64,000 nucleotides of DNA from an uncultured Verrucomicrobiales bacterium (GTDB lineage Bacteria > Verrucomicrobiota > Verrucomicrobiia > JADLBR01 > JAIBCM01), in the NCBI GenBank assembly GCA_964435495.1, contig CAYSZK010000005.1:9434-73433 (forward strand). The letters are read 5' to 3'. Shown in pieces: positions 1 to 8,951 of this stretch. Each line of letters begins with the position of its first letter. Within the stretch, counting starts at the first letter, position 1. Under the pieces are notes generated by a model. The model saw nothing but the letters and a program-made list of their open reading frames with translations, did not search any database and was not told where the DNA came from. Both the position numbers and the translations under genes were made by a program.

Positions 1-340
1 CGCTTGGGCCGCCCCACTAGTCCCTCGCACTCCAGCGCCGTCGCCTTTCGCAACGGACGCAGCCCGTGCCACAATCTTCCCGGACATTCCCAACCTTCCC
101 CACGTGCGCCGCACTTTTACGGCGGCGAGGGCGCCGCCGCTCCAGGTTGTGGGGTGCATGGGCTTGCGCGCCATTCGCCGCTTGGGCCGCCCCACTTGTC
201 CGTCGCTCTCCGGCGCCGTCCCCTTTCGCAACGGACGCAGCCCGTGCCGTGATCTTCCCGAACATTCCCAACCTTCCCCTCGCGCACCGCACTTTTACGG
301 CGGCGGGGGCGCCGCCGCTCCAGGGGCGCCACCTGACGGC
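1..340. repeat. Two tandem ~177-bp copies of a REP-like element with a GC hairpin core (ACGGCGGCGAGGGCGCCGCCGCTCCA; 8-bp stem CGGCGGCG/CGCCGCCG, loop AGGG)
   Basis: Direct comparison of 1-177 with 178-330 shows near-identical units. The core hairpin recurs at 8535-8950. Confidence 0.8.
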
Positions 341-1311
341 GTTTGGTCGTCGCCCTTCACCGGCCCGATGGCGACGGGCGCCGCGTCAGGCTGGTCGGCG
401 GGCGCCACACTTGCGGCGCCATCCTTGAGATCGAGCACTTTGTAGGTTGCGCCTTTCATCTCGAATGTGCCCCCTTTGAACACGTCGATCTGCCGGTTCT
501 CCACCAGGAACAGCAGTTTGCCCGTGTGCCTGGGCGCGTCCGAAAGGACGCCCTTCACCAGCGTGATCTGGTCGCCCGAGATTTCGTTGGCGAGGTCCAG
601 TTCCGACTCGTCGTAGGTCTGCATGATGCCGGTCTTGTCGTTGAGCTTCTCGTACACCTTCTGGCGAAAGGCGACGGCCTTCCAACCCTCCACCACGCCA
701 CCGATCTTCACGAGCTGGCGTTGTTTCCTCCGGTCGGGCAGCCCGGGCATCCGAATCTGGAAAACGTTCTCCCCGGAAACCATCTCGTAGGACCCGAGCA
801 TCATTTTAAACGGCACCGGCTCGTAGGACGCCACGCGGAGTTTGTCGGTGTAGGGCGCGTGGCTGGCCGGGTCCCGGGGGTCGGTGCCTTTCTGGAATTC
901 CTCACCATTGACAAACCCGTCCCCGTCCTCGTCCTGCGCTTCGACTCTCAGGACGTCGGTTGGGAACCGGTGCTTCTTCAGCCATTCGTCGGTGATCCCG
1001 TAGCGCCCGCGCCCCTTGGTTTCGTCATAGACCGCCAGCTTCCCTTCCGCCGGCAGCCACTCGATCCGGCGCGAAATGAAGAGCCTGTGGCCCGACTCCG
1101 GCGGGCGCCAGTTGGGAGCCTTCCCCAATTCGGCGTCCAGACCGGCGTAGGCCTCAAGATCGGAATCCACCTGCTTGGCGGCACGAGCGGAACCCTCCGG
1201 CGGCGGCACCGCCATGTCCAGGCCCAGCGCCGCGAGCAATCCCACCACAGCCGCCACCAGCAGCACCGCCAACAAAACGGCGTGTTCGATGTTCCCGCGC
1301 AACCAGTTCAT
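295..1311 (-). CDS. Pilus-assembly associated membrane protein (N-terminal TM helix, acidic DEDGDGFVNGEEF Ca-binding-like loop); last gene of the pilMN cluster, PilP/Amuc_1099-position
   Basis: ATG at 1311 overlaps the upstream stop (ATGA). It has one N-terminal TM segment. The C-terminal ~12 codons run into the repeat at 178-330. Confidence 0.5.
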   Translation of the reverse strand: MNWLRGNIEHAVLLAVLLVAAVVGLLAALGLDMAVPPPEGSARAAKQVDSDLEAYAGLDAELGKAPNWRPPESGHRLFISRRIEWLPAEGKLAVYDETKGRGRYGITDEWLKKHRFPTDVLRVEAQDEDGDGFVNGEEFQKGTDPRDPASHAPYTDKLRVASYEPVPFKMMLGSYEMVSGENVFQIRMPGLPDRRKQRQLVKIGGVVEGWKAVAFRQKVYEKLNDKTGIMQTYDESELDLANEISGDQITLVKGVLSDAPRHTGKLLFLVENRQIDVFKGGTFEMKGATYKVLDLKDGAASVAPADQPDAAPVAIGPVKGDDQTPSGGAPGAAAPPPP

Positions 1312-2309
1312 GGCCGGTTCCCCCTGGGTTTGGCCTCCGCCCGCGGCGCCTCCGGCCCGCGCAATTCCACGTAATCCACGCGCATCTCCACATCGATGGA
1401 CTCCTCGCCGAAGATCATGATCGCCTTGCCCGTGGTCATGCTGTCCACCATCTGCTGGCGCTCGGCCTCGGACCGGAACGCCGTGTTCGCCTGAAGCTTC
1501 GCCGGGTCCTTCAAATCCCGCACCGTGGGCGGCTGCGCCTTCTGGTTGTTAACCCGCACTGACCGGATCACGTAACGCGGCGGGGTCTGTTCCGCTCCGG
1601 CCAGCCGGTTCACAAACGCCCGCAGCTCCGCGTCCTTGGACGTGAACCGGACCACGAACGGCATCGAGGTGTAGGCCAGGTCCGGACGGTTGATGTGGAT
1701 GCCCGGCAGCAAATCCGCGCCATCCCCCGCGCCGCCCTGCGGGCGCCTTTCCTGGGCATCCGCGCCGCGCCCCCCCATTTCCTCGACGGGCATGCGCTGG
1801 ATGGCGGACAGCTTTCGCACCCGGGCGTCCACAAGGAATTTCACGAGTTCCTGGACGATCGCGAGCTGCTTGGTCAGCATCCCGGTCGCCTCGCGCGTGG
1901 GCATGGCGTTCTCGTACCTCGAGAAGCCGAACGCGAAATTGGGCGGGATTTCCACCAGATCCTTGCATTCCGCGGTGAGTTGGTCGCGCACCTGCCGAAG
2001 CCGGGTCTGGAAATCGATGGGGTTCATCACCTCGCCGGCGGCCTCCGCTTCGCCCAGGCGCTTGACGGCCGGCGCCAGGAACCCTTCCAGCGCCGCGTTG
2101 TTCTTGTTCAGCTTCTCGACGTTTTCCGGGCTCGGAAAAATCGCCCGCGCCTTCAACTGGATGATCTCCGCCCCGGCGTTGGACAGCTCCTGCTCCAGCG
2201 CCGCCGTCCGCGCGCGGGCGCCGGACCACACAAATGCGCCCGCACCCAGGACCACCGCCAGCAGCACGCCCAGCGTCACAAGGCTCACGTTGTTGCGAAT
2301 CCAGTCCAT
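1308..2309 (-). CDS. Amuc_1100-like / PilO-like type IV pilus associated protein
   Basis: N-terminus MMDWIRNN, a single TM, a coiled coil, and segments (FQTRLRQVRDQLTAECKDL..., RYVIRSVRVNNQKAQPP..., IFGEESIDVEMRVDYVEL) that align to the Akkermansia Amuc_1100 family as I recall it. The start overlaps the pilMN stop (GTGATG). Confidence 0.6.
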   Translation of the reverse strand: MDWIRNNVSLVTLGVLLAVVLGAGAFVWSGARARTAALEQELSNAGAEIIQLKARAIFPSPENVEKLNKNNAALEGFLAPAVKRLGEAEAAGEVMNPIDFQTRLRQVRDQLTAECKDLVEIPPNFAFGFSRYENAMPTREATGMLTKQLAIVQELVKFLVDARVRKLSAIQRMPVEEMGGRGADAQERRPQGGAGDGADLLPGIHINRPDLAYTSMPFVVRFTSKDAELRAFVNRLAGAEQTPPRYVIRSVRVNNQKAQPPTVRDLKDPAKLQANTAFRSEAERQQMVDSMTTGKAIMIFGEESIDVEMRVDYVELRGPEAPRAEAKPRGNRP

Positions 2310-4108
2310 CACGGCACCAGCGATATCGGGTTTTTAAGTTTTGCGCGCACCCGGAAATCAAGCGCCAGCTTGTCCTCCTGCGCCGCCACCAGCTCGACCT
2401 TCACAAATTGCGGATCCTCAATCGCCGCGCGGTTCATGGCAAACCACTCCGACTTGGTCAGGTTGTTCAGGAAACGCTTGATCGTCTGTTCCCCCGTTTC
2501 CTGCATCTTCTCCGGATCGCGCAACGCCTCCTTGTCGTAGGCCTCGTAAAAACCTTCCAGGATCAGTTCGTCAACCGCCGTCCCGCCTTCCTGGCGCCTG
2601 GCCGCGGCCGCGCCCATGCTCCGCGGGCCACCCTGCTGCGGCGGCGCCGCAGGCCGCACAAGGGCCGGCAGGACCGACCCGTTGGCCGCGCCCTCCAGCG
2701 ACGTGATCCACACGCCTGTCGGCGTGATCCGGTTCAACTCTTCCAGCAGCCCCACCCAGAACATCCGGTCCCGCGCGAGCTGCAACAACTGGTCCGCCCG
2801 CGTCCGGTTGGCCGCGAACGAGCCCTCCTCCTTCTTGAGTTTGGCCTCCTCGGCCCGAAGCCGCCGCAGCTCCGCGTTGCGGCTTTCCAGCTCCTCCGCC
2901 ATCACCGCCGCGCGCCGCGATTCCGCGAACCACAACGCCCCAAACATCAACGCCAGGGCCGCCGCCGCCGCAAAAATCATCGAACGCCGCTCCCGGGCCA
3001 CGCGCCGCGCCCGGGTCGCCGCGGGGATCAGGTCCACCTCCAGCGGGCACTCGGCCACGTCCCGCAACGCGAGCCCGACCACCTCGCCCATCAAATGGGC
3101 GGACCGGCCCAGCGCCTGGGGATCGATTCCCCGGCCCACCGCGACGTTGCGCAGCGGATTGAAGGGCTCCACCGGCACGCCAAGCTTCTCGGAAAAGAAC
3201 AAATCCATGTAGGGCATCATGCTGCCCCCGCCCGTCAGCAGGATCCGCGACGGCGCCGCGCCCCCCTGCTGGCTCCGGTAAAAACCGATGGACCGCGCAA
3301 CCTCCGCGTGCAACCGCGTCAACACCCCGCGCACCACCTTCGACGCGCGCGCCGCGACCGGATCGGCCGGGTCCTCATAGGCGCCGCCCAGGCCGACAAA
3401 CGCCTTGTCGTGTTTCACCGCCTCCGCCTCCGCAAAGCTCCCGCCCAAATCCGACTCGATGGCGTGGGTGATCTGGTTGCCCGCAATCGGCACGCCCCGG
3501 ATGAACACCCGGCCGGCCTCCACAAACAGCAACTGGGTGGTCTTCGCCCCTATGTCCAGCACCAGGGTGCAACCGGGATAATCGGCGTAATTGAAGCGCA
3601 CCGCGTTGTAGAGCGCCAGCGGCGCCACGTCCACGCGCTTGGGCAGGCACCCCGCCGCCAACACCGCGCCGTCGATCCGGTCAAGAATGTCAGCCTTGAT
3701 CGCCACGATCACCGCCTCCAATTCCGTTCCCGCGCCTCCCGCCATCAGTTGGTAGTCCCAAACCACTTCCTCCATCGGAAACGGAACGTTCGACCCGGCC
3801 TCGAAGCGGACGATCCGCTCCACGTTCTCTGGCGCCGAGGGCGGCAACTTCACAAACCGCGTGAACACCGATTGCCCCGACACGCTGTAGGACACCGGCG
3901 CGTTGCGGACCCGGCGCCCGCCCAGCGCCGTCCGCAGCGCCCCCGTAACCGCCGCCGCCCGGTGCTCGTCTTCCGCCGCGTGGTCCACCCCAAGCACCGT
4001 GGACGAGAACCCCAACACCGCCAACCCGCGCCCGGAAGGCTGGAACACGCCCACCTTGATGCTGAAGGCACCGAGGTCAACGGTAATGATCGAGGAAGCT
4101 GACGCCAT
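2309..4108 (-). CDS. pilM: Type IV pilus assembly PilM (actin-like ATPase fold) fused to PilN (TM + coiled coil + periplasmic domain)
   Basis: 599 aa. N-terminal ~370 aa show the FtsA/PilM-like pattern (ITVDLGAFSIKVGVF ... LLTGGGS). Then a TM helix (MIFAAAAALALMFGALWFA), a coiled coil and a PilN-like C-terminus. ATG at 4108. Confidence 0.75.
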   Translation of the reverse strand: MASASSIITVDLGAFSIKVGVFQPSGRGLAVLGFSSTVLGVDHAAEDEHRAAAVTGALRTALGGRRVRNAPVSYSVSGQSVFTRFVKLPPSAPENVERIVRFEAGSNVPFPMEEVVWDYQLMAGGAGTELEAVIVAIKADILDRIDGAVLAAGCLPKRVDVAPLALYNAVRFNYADYPGCTLVLDIGAKTTQLLFVEAGRVFIRGVPIAGNQITHAIESDLGGSFAEAEAVKHDKAFVGLGGAYEDPADPVAARASKVVRGVLTRLHAEVARSIGFYRSQQGGAAPSRILLTGGGSMMPYMDLFFSEKLGVPVEPFNPLRNVAVGRGIDPQALGRSAHLMGEVVGLALRDVAECPLEVDLIPAATRARRVARERRSMIFAAAAALALMFGALWFAESRRAAVMAEELESRNAELRRLRAEEAKLKKEEGSFAANRTRADQLLQLARDRMFWVGLLEELNRITPTGVWITSLEGAANGSVLPALVRPAAPPQQGGPRSMGAAAARRQEGGTAVDELILEGFYEAYDKEALRDPEKMQETGEQTIKRFLNNLTKSEWFAMNRAAIEDPQFVKVELVAAQEDKLALDFRVRAKLKNPISLVP

Positions 4109-4136
4109 GGCCCAAAATGCCGGTTCTCCCCCGCCG

Positions 4137-4769
4137 CTACCTGCCCGCCTCCATCAACGGCGGATACCGGTCCCAATAATCCATCGCCCACGGCGTCTTG
4201 GTGACCGGCACCAGCACCCCGGTCTTGCCCCCGCGCGTATACCATCCCTCCTCGCCCGCCTTCTTCCCCTTCTCCAAAAGCTCCATCTCCCCCTGCACCC
4301 GCCCCTTGAAAAAAATCTCCACCGCCACGTTGGCCTTGGTTTTCATCACCGAATCCCCGCCAAACCTGCCCACCACCGCCGGCGGCAGATACGCCACCGC
4401 ATACACCTCCCGCGACTTCCGCAACGGCCCGTACACCAGGTCCACCGAATAAATTTCCCGCTGCCCCGTCTCCTCGTCCTCCGGCGCCAGCACATGAATC
4501 TTCACCTGGACCTGGTCCAAAAACTTCCCCGGCACATCCCGGTCATCGGGATTCGCCTCAAACTGCGCCTCGATCTCCATCCACTTCTCGTCCTCCAGCG
4601 CCTTCTTCTTGCTCCCCTGCGCGTTCACACCCTTCCTTGGGGTCTCGGGAAAATCCACCTTGATCTCCGTCACCTTGAAACCCGGCGCCTGCTGCGCCAC
4701 CAGCGAATCCGCTCCCAACGCCCAGCACCCCCCCGCCAACGCCGCCGCCAACATCCGGCTTTTCATCAT
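4137..4769 (-). CDS. Secreted hypothetical protein (signal peptide, Lys/Glu-rich)
   Basis: N-terminal signal-like MMKSRMLAAALAGGCWALGA; no recognisable domain. Confidence 0.5.
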   Translation of the reverse strand: MMKSRMLAAALAGGCWALGADSLVAQQAPGFKVTEIKVDFPETPRKGVNAQGSKKKALEDEKWMEIEAQFEANPDDRDVPGKFLDQVQVKIHVLAPEDEETGQREIYSVDLVYGPLRKSREVYAVAYLPPAVVGRFGGDSVMKTKANVAVEIFFKGRVQGEMELLEKGKKAGEEGWYTRGGKTGVLVPVTKTPWAMDYWDRYPPLMEAGR

Positions 4770-4879
4770 GCACTCTCGTTAACGCCCCGCGCCGTTCGGG
4801 TCAATCCCTTAATTTCAACGCCGCGTGCCCGCGAATCCCCGCGGCCACCGCCTCCCCCGGACCGCAAGGATTCACCCGC

Positions 4880-5935
4880 TTACACGACCAGCATCGCGTC
4901 CCCAAAGCTGTAAAACCGGTACCGCTCCCGCACCGCCTCCGCGTACGCCTCCTTCAAAAACGCCAGCCCGTCCCCAGGCCGCGCCGCCCCGCCCCCGTTC
5001 TCCAAAAACGCCGCCACCAACATCAACAACGTGGACCGCGGCAAATGAAAGTTCGTCACCAGCGCGTCCACATGCCGGAACCGGTGCGGCGGACGCACAA
5101 ACAACGTCGTCCGGCCCCCGTGCCCGCGCAGCTCGTTCACCGACTCCAGCACCCGCGCCGCCGTTGTCCCCACCGCCACGCGCCGGGACGCCGCCCGCGC
5201 CCGCCGCGCCGTCTCTTCCGGCAGCCAATAACGTTCGCTCTGCATGACGTGGCCCTCCACGTCCGCGGTCTTCACCGGACGGAACGTCCCCGGCCCCACG
5301 TGCAACGTCACGAACGCCGCGGGCAACGCCGCCATCATCTCCGGCGTGAAATGCAGCCCCGCCGTCGGCGCCGCCACCGAACCCGCCTCCCGCGCGTACG
5401 CCGTCTGATACCGTTCCCGGTCCCCCGGACGCTCCCGCGCCGCCCCGTCCGCGTCCCCGCCCGCCTCCAGTTTGCGCCGCGCCAATATGTACGGCGGCAA
5501 CGGCGTCAGCCCGAACGCCTCCGGCTCAAACGCCCCGTGAAACCGCACCACGCGCTCCCCACGCTCCAGGGTCTTCAGCACCTCCGCCCCCACCGTCCCC
5601 CCGCCGTCCCGCCGCGCAAACGTGAACCGCGCCCCGGCCCGTGTCCGCTTCGCCGGCGTCGCCAGGCAGACCCAGTGCCCTGGACCCGTCTCCTCGACCA
5701 GCAACAACTCCACCACCCCGTCCTCCGCGATCAACCGCGCCGGCAACACCCGCGAATCGTTGAACACCCACACGTCTCCCGCCCTTGCCAGGGACGGCAA
5801 ATCCGCCACGCTCCGGTGTTCCCAACTCCGCCGCCCCCGGTCCACCACCATCAACCGCGCCCCGTCCCGCCGCGCCGCCGGTTCGGTCGCGATCAGATCA
5901 GCCGGCAGATCAAAATCAAAATCCGACGTCTTCAT
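4880..5935 (-). CDS. queA: S-adenosylmethionine:tRNA ribosyltransferase-isomerase
   Basis: MKTSDFDFDLPADLIATEP start and overall QueA-like sequence; 351 aa. Confidence 0.9.
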   Translation of the reverse strand: MKTSDFDFDLPADLIATEPAARRDGARLMVVDRGRRSWEHRSVADLPSLARAGDVWVFNDSRVLPARLIAEDGVVELLLVEETGPGHWVCLATPAKRTRAGARFTFARRDGGGTVGAEVLKTLERGERVVRFHGAFEPEAFGLTPLPPYILARRKLEAGGDADGAARERPGDRERYQTAYAREAGSVAAPTAGLHFTPEMMAALPAAFVTLHVGPGTFRPVKTADVEGHVMQSERYWLPEETARRARAASRRVAVGTTAARVLESVNELRGHGGRTTLFVRPPHRFRHVDALVTNFHLPRSTLLMLVAAFLENGGGAARPGDGLAFLKEAYAEAVRERYRFYSFGDAMLVV

Positions 5936-5968
5936 TTTTCCGCGCGCCTCGCGGCCGGCGGCCCCGCT

Positions 5969-8029
5969 TCACAACTCCGCCGCCCGTCCCACCGCCTCCG
6001 CCACAATCCCCGGCGTCAGCAGCTCCGGCAACACCGCCGGCGCCGCCCCCGCCCGGCCCGGATACACCAAGTACAACGGCACCCCCGCCCGCCCGTGCGC
6101 TTCGAGCGCGCGCTTGATCTCCGGATCAAACCGCGTCCAATCCCCCTTCAACGCCGCCACATTCCGAGCCCGGAACAGCTCCACCGTCGCCGGTATCTCC
6201 AGCGACGACGCTTCGTTCGCCTTGCACGACAAACACCACGCCGCGGTGAAATCCACAAATACCGGCCGCCCCTCCGCCTGCAACGCCGCCACGCGCTCCG
6301 CCGACCACGCTTCCCACGCGATCCCCCGCTTCTCCCCCGCCTCCGCCACCGCCGGGCCCCCACCCCAAACCCAGCCCGCCCCCGCGCACACCGCCGCCGC
6401 CGCCCAGGCCAGGGCTCGGGACCGCCCCTTCGCCACCGGCCCGGCAAACGAGCCCACCAGCCACACCCCCAGCGCCAGCGCCACCAGAAACACCCCCAGC
6501 CCCGCCGCCGCGTCCACCCCCCGCGCCGACGCAAACACCCACACCAACCAAAGCAACGTCGCCAGCATCGGGAATCCGCAGAACTGCTTGAACCGCTCCA
6601 TCCACGCCCCCGGCTTCGGCAAGAACCGCAGCAGCCGCGGGTCCGCCGTCAACAGCACATACGGCGCCGCCATCCCAACCCCAAGCGCCGCGAAAACCGC
6701 CAGGGTCACCACCGGCGGCTCCGCCAGCGCGAATCCCACCGCGGCCCCCATGAACGGCGCCGTGCAGGGCGTCGCCAGGGTCGTCGCCAAAACCCCGCTG
6801 AAAAACGAGCCCGCGAACCCTTCCTTCGCCGCCAGCCCGCTTCCCACGCCCATCATCGAGGTCCCAATCTCAAACACCCCGAACAACGACATCGTGATCA
6901 GCAACACCAGCACGCACAAAAACAACAGAAACCCCGGCGCTTGGAACTGGAACCCCCACCCCAGCTCCTGCCCCGCCGCCCGCAGCCCGATCAACAATCC
7001 CGCCAACGCCAAAAACGACAGCACCACGCCCGCCGCAAACACCAGCCCGTGCCCCAGCGCACCCCCGTGCGCCTCCCCCTGCCGCACAAATCCCAGCACC
7101 TTCAATGAAATCACCGGCAGCACGCACGGCATCACATTCAAAATCAGCCCGCCCAAAAACGCGCCCCACAAAATCCCGCCCAATCCCCCGCCAACCCCAG
7201 CCCCATCCACCGGCACATCCACCTCCGCCGCGCCCACGACTTTCCCGCTCCCATCCCGCACCACCGCAACCCCCGTCAACCGCGCCACCCTCCCCTTCGC
7301 CAACGCCGAATACGGCAGATCCACCCCCAGCCCACCGCCCGCCGCCAGCGTCCGCTGCTCCGCGTCATGCCGCACCTGCTCCGGCGTGTCCGGAAAAAAT
7401 TCCAGCACCGCCCCCGCCGGAAACGCCGCCTTCGGCGCCACCTGCACCCGTACAGCCGCGCCGCCCAGGTCCGCCGCCGCCACCCGCCAGCCCAAAGCCT
7501 CCGGCGCCTTGGGTATCGCCCCCTCCGCCGCCGCAAAAAGCCCCGCCACGCCCGAATCCGCCGCGCCGTCCCCTTGCGGCAGCTCCAACGCCAGCTTCGC
7601 CTCCCCAGGCACGCAAATCTCCCGGCACATCAGCCAGCCCACCTCCGCCCCAACCTTCACGGGTCCCGGCGGAAGCGCGGCAGGCGGCGTGACATCAAAC
7701 AGCAGCCACGCCTCCCCATGCCACGCATACGACACCACCCCGCCCACCACCACCCGTTCCGGCGCCGGCCACCGCGGACCAGCCACCTCGAACCCCTCCG
7801 GCAGCGTCCACGCCACCTTCGTCGGAAATCCCGAGTCCGCCGGGTTCTTCCAATAAACATGCCACTTCTCGTCCATCCGCAGCCGCACCGCCACGGCAAA
7901 CGGCTTCCCCGGCGCCACCGACGCCACCGCCGGAATCAGCGACACCTCCACCCGCTCCACCCGCGCCGTGCCCGCCCCAGGCGCGCTTGATGCCCCCGCC
8001 ACAAAAAGGCCGCACGCGGCGCCGCGCAT
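5969..8029 (-). CDS. dsbD: Thiol:disulfide interchange protein DsbD (N-terminal periplasmic domain, CcdA-like TM core, C-terminal thioredoxin WCLSC)
   Basis: The TM core carries NVMPCVLPV. The C-terminal thioredoxin domain reads FVDFTAAWCLSCKANE. The ORF runs up to 8266, but the likely start is the Met before the signal-like MRGAACGLFVAGASS (8029). Confidence 0.8.
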   Translation of the reverse strand: MRGAACGLFVAGASSAPGAGTARVERVEVSLIPAVASVAPGKPFAVAVRLRMDEKWHVYWKNPADSGFPTKVAWTLPEGFEVAGPRWPAPERVVVGGVVSYAWHGEAWLLFDVTPPAALPPGPVKVGAEVGWLMCREICVPGEAKLALELPQGDGAADSGVAGLFAAAEGAIPKAPEALGWRVAAADLGGAAVRVQVAPKAAFPAGAVLEFFPDTPEQVRHDAEQRTLAAGGGLGVDLPYSALAKGRVARLTGVAVVRDGSGKVVGAAEVDVPVDGAGVGGGLGGILWGAFLGGLILNVMPCVLPVISLKVLGFVRQGEAHGGALGHGLVFAAGVVLSFLALAGLLIGLRAAGQELGWGFQFQAPGFLLFLCVLVLLITMSLFGVFEIGTSMMGVGSGLAAKEGFAGSFFSGVLATTLATPCTAPFMGAAVGFALAEPPVVTLAVFAALGVGMAAPYVLLTADPRLLRFLPKPGAWMERFKQFCGFPMLATLLWLVWVFASARGVDAAAGLGVFLVALALGVWLVGSFAGPVAKGRSRALAWAAAAVCAGAGWVWGGGPAVAEAGEKRGIAWEAWSAERVAALQAEGRPVFVDFTAAWCLSCKANEASSLEIPATVELFRARNVAALKGDWTRFDPEIKRALEAHGRAGVPLYLVYPGRAGAAPAVLPELLTPGIVAEAVGRAAEL

Positions 8030-8127
8030 CAAGCCGCGCCCGCGGCCCAACAGCCCGGCACGCCCGGCTTTGCGCCCTTCGCCTCGCATGCCGCCATTCT
8101 CGGGGATGCGCGCGGCCCCGGTCGAGC

Positions 8128-8490
8128 TTATTTCCTCACCTGGATCAACGGGCTCATCCCCGCCCCCGCGGCCTGCGCCGCGTGCTCCTCGTCCGAGCAA
8201 GCGGAATTGGTCGGCGCCCCGGCCGGCCGCGCGTCCGGCGCCACCACGCCCTCGCGCACCAGCCACGCCTCCAACTCGTCGCCGGACACATCGGCCACAA
8301 TTCGGCCCCCAACGTCCAGCGTCGGTTGAAGCGCCTGGCCGCTCTTTTCCACCATCTCGCGGAAGTTGGCGGCGTTGTTGATGATGTCCCGGTCCTCGAA
8401 CGGCAGGCCGTATTTGCGCAACACCGCGCGCACCCCGTTGCTCCAGCCGCAGGACGGTTTCAAGTAGGCTATGATCTTGGGTTTTTGCAT
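8128..8490 (-). CDS. Glutaredoxin-like small redox protein
   Basis: MQKPKIIAYLKPSCGWSNGVRAVLRKYGLPFEDRDI matches the Grx/NrdH-like fold pattern. ATG at 8490. The upstream in-frame extension is translated repeat DNA. Confidence 0.6.
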   Translation of the reverse strand: MQKPKIIAYLKPSCGWSNGVRAVLRKYGLPFEDRDIINNAANFREMVEKSGQALQPTLDVGGRIVADVSGDELEAWLVREGVVAPDARPAGAPTNSACSDEEHAAQAAGAGMSPLIQVRK

Positions 8491-8534
8491 GGCAGGGAAA
8501 CTAATCGCCAACGCCCAGCCCGCAACCCGTTTTT

Positions 8535-8950
8535 TGCCTGGGCGGCGAGGGCCCTTGGGGCGGCGGCGCCCTCGCCGCCGTTTGTGTGCGGGGGACGAGG
8601 GGGAACGCCCGAGTGACGGCGCGTGCACGGGTCCAGGCACAACACTTTCCCAAGCCACGCCCTTGTTACGGCGGCGAGGGCGCCGCCGCTCCATGTGGGG
8701 ACGAGGGGGAACGCCCAAGTGGCGGAGCGCGCACGGGTCCAGGCACAACACTTTCCCCAGGCACACCCTTGATACGGCGGCGAGGGCGCCGCCGCTCCAG
8801 CGCGCGTGGGTCCAGGCTCGGCACTTTCTCCGGGGCACACCCTTGATACGGCGGCGAGGGCGCCGCCGCTCCAACGCGCCCGAGGCCAGGCTCAGCACTT
8901 TCTCCGAGGCACGCCCTCGATACAGCGGCGGAGGCGCCGACGCTCCGCTT
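8535..8950. repeat. Tandem array (~5 units, ~75-85 bp period) of the same GC-hairpin REP-like core seen at 1-340
   Basis: Repeated ...CACTTTCC..GCAC.CCCTTGATACGGCGGCGAGGGCGCCGCCGCTCCA units fill the gap between the araC 3' end and the grx-like 5' end. Confidence 0.8.
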
Positions 8951-8951
8951 T

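Noticed and set aside
5045-8266. Very long ORFs antisense or overlapping queA/dsbD (e.g. 5045..7108 +, 5622..7856 +, 6126..6605 -)
   Set aside because: They translate to Arg/Pro/Gly-rich low-complexity strings, the typical GC-rich shadow ORFs opposite real genes. The sense-strand products (QueA, DsbD) are unambiguous.
8029-8266. N-terminal 79-aa extension of dsbD in the six-frame ORF
   Set aside because: The extension is Gly/Arg-rich without signal-peptide character. A Met followed by a signal-like hydrophobic segment occurs at 8029, which matches DsbD's periplasmic N-terminal domain.
8535-8950. Possible CRISPR array (regularly spaced GC-rich 26-nt repeats)
   Set aside because: The segments between the repeats are highly similar to one another and no leader or cas genes are present, so it behaves as a tandem REP-like repeat rather than repeat-spacer units.
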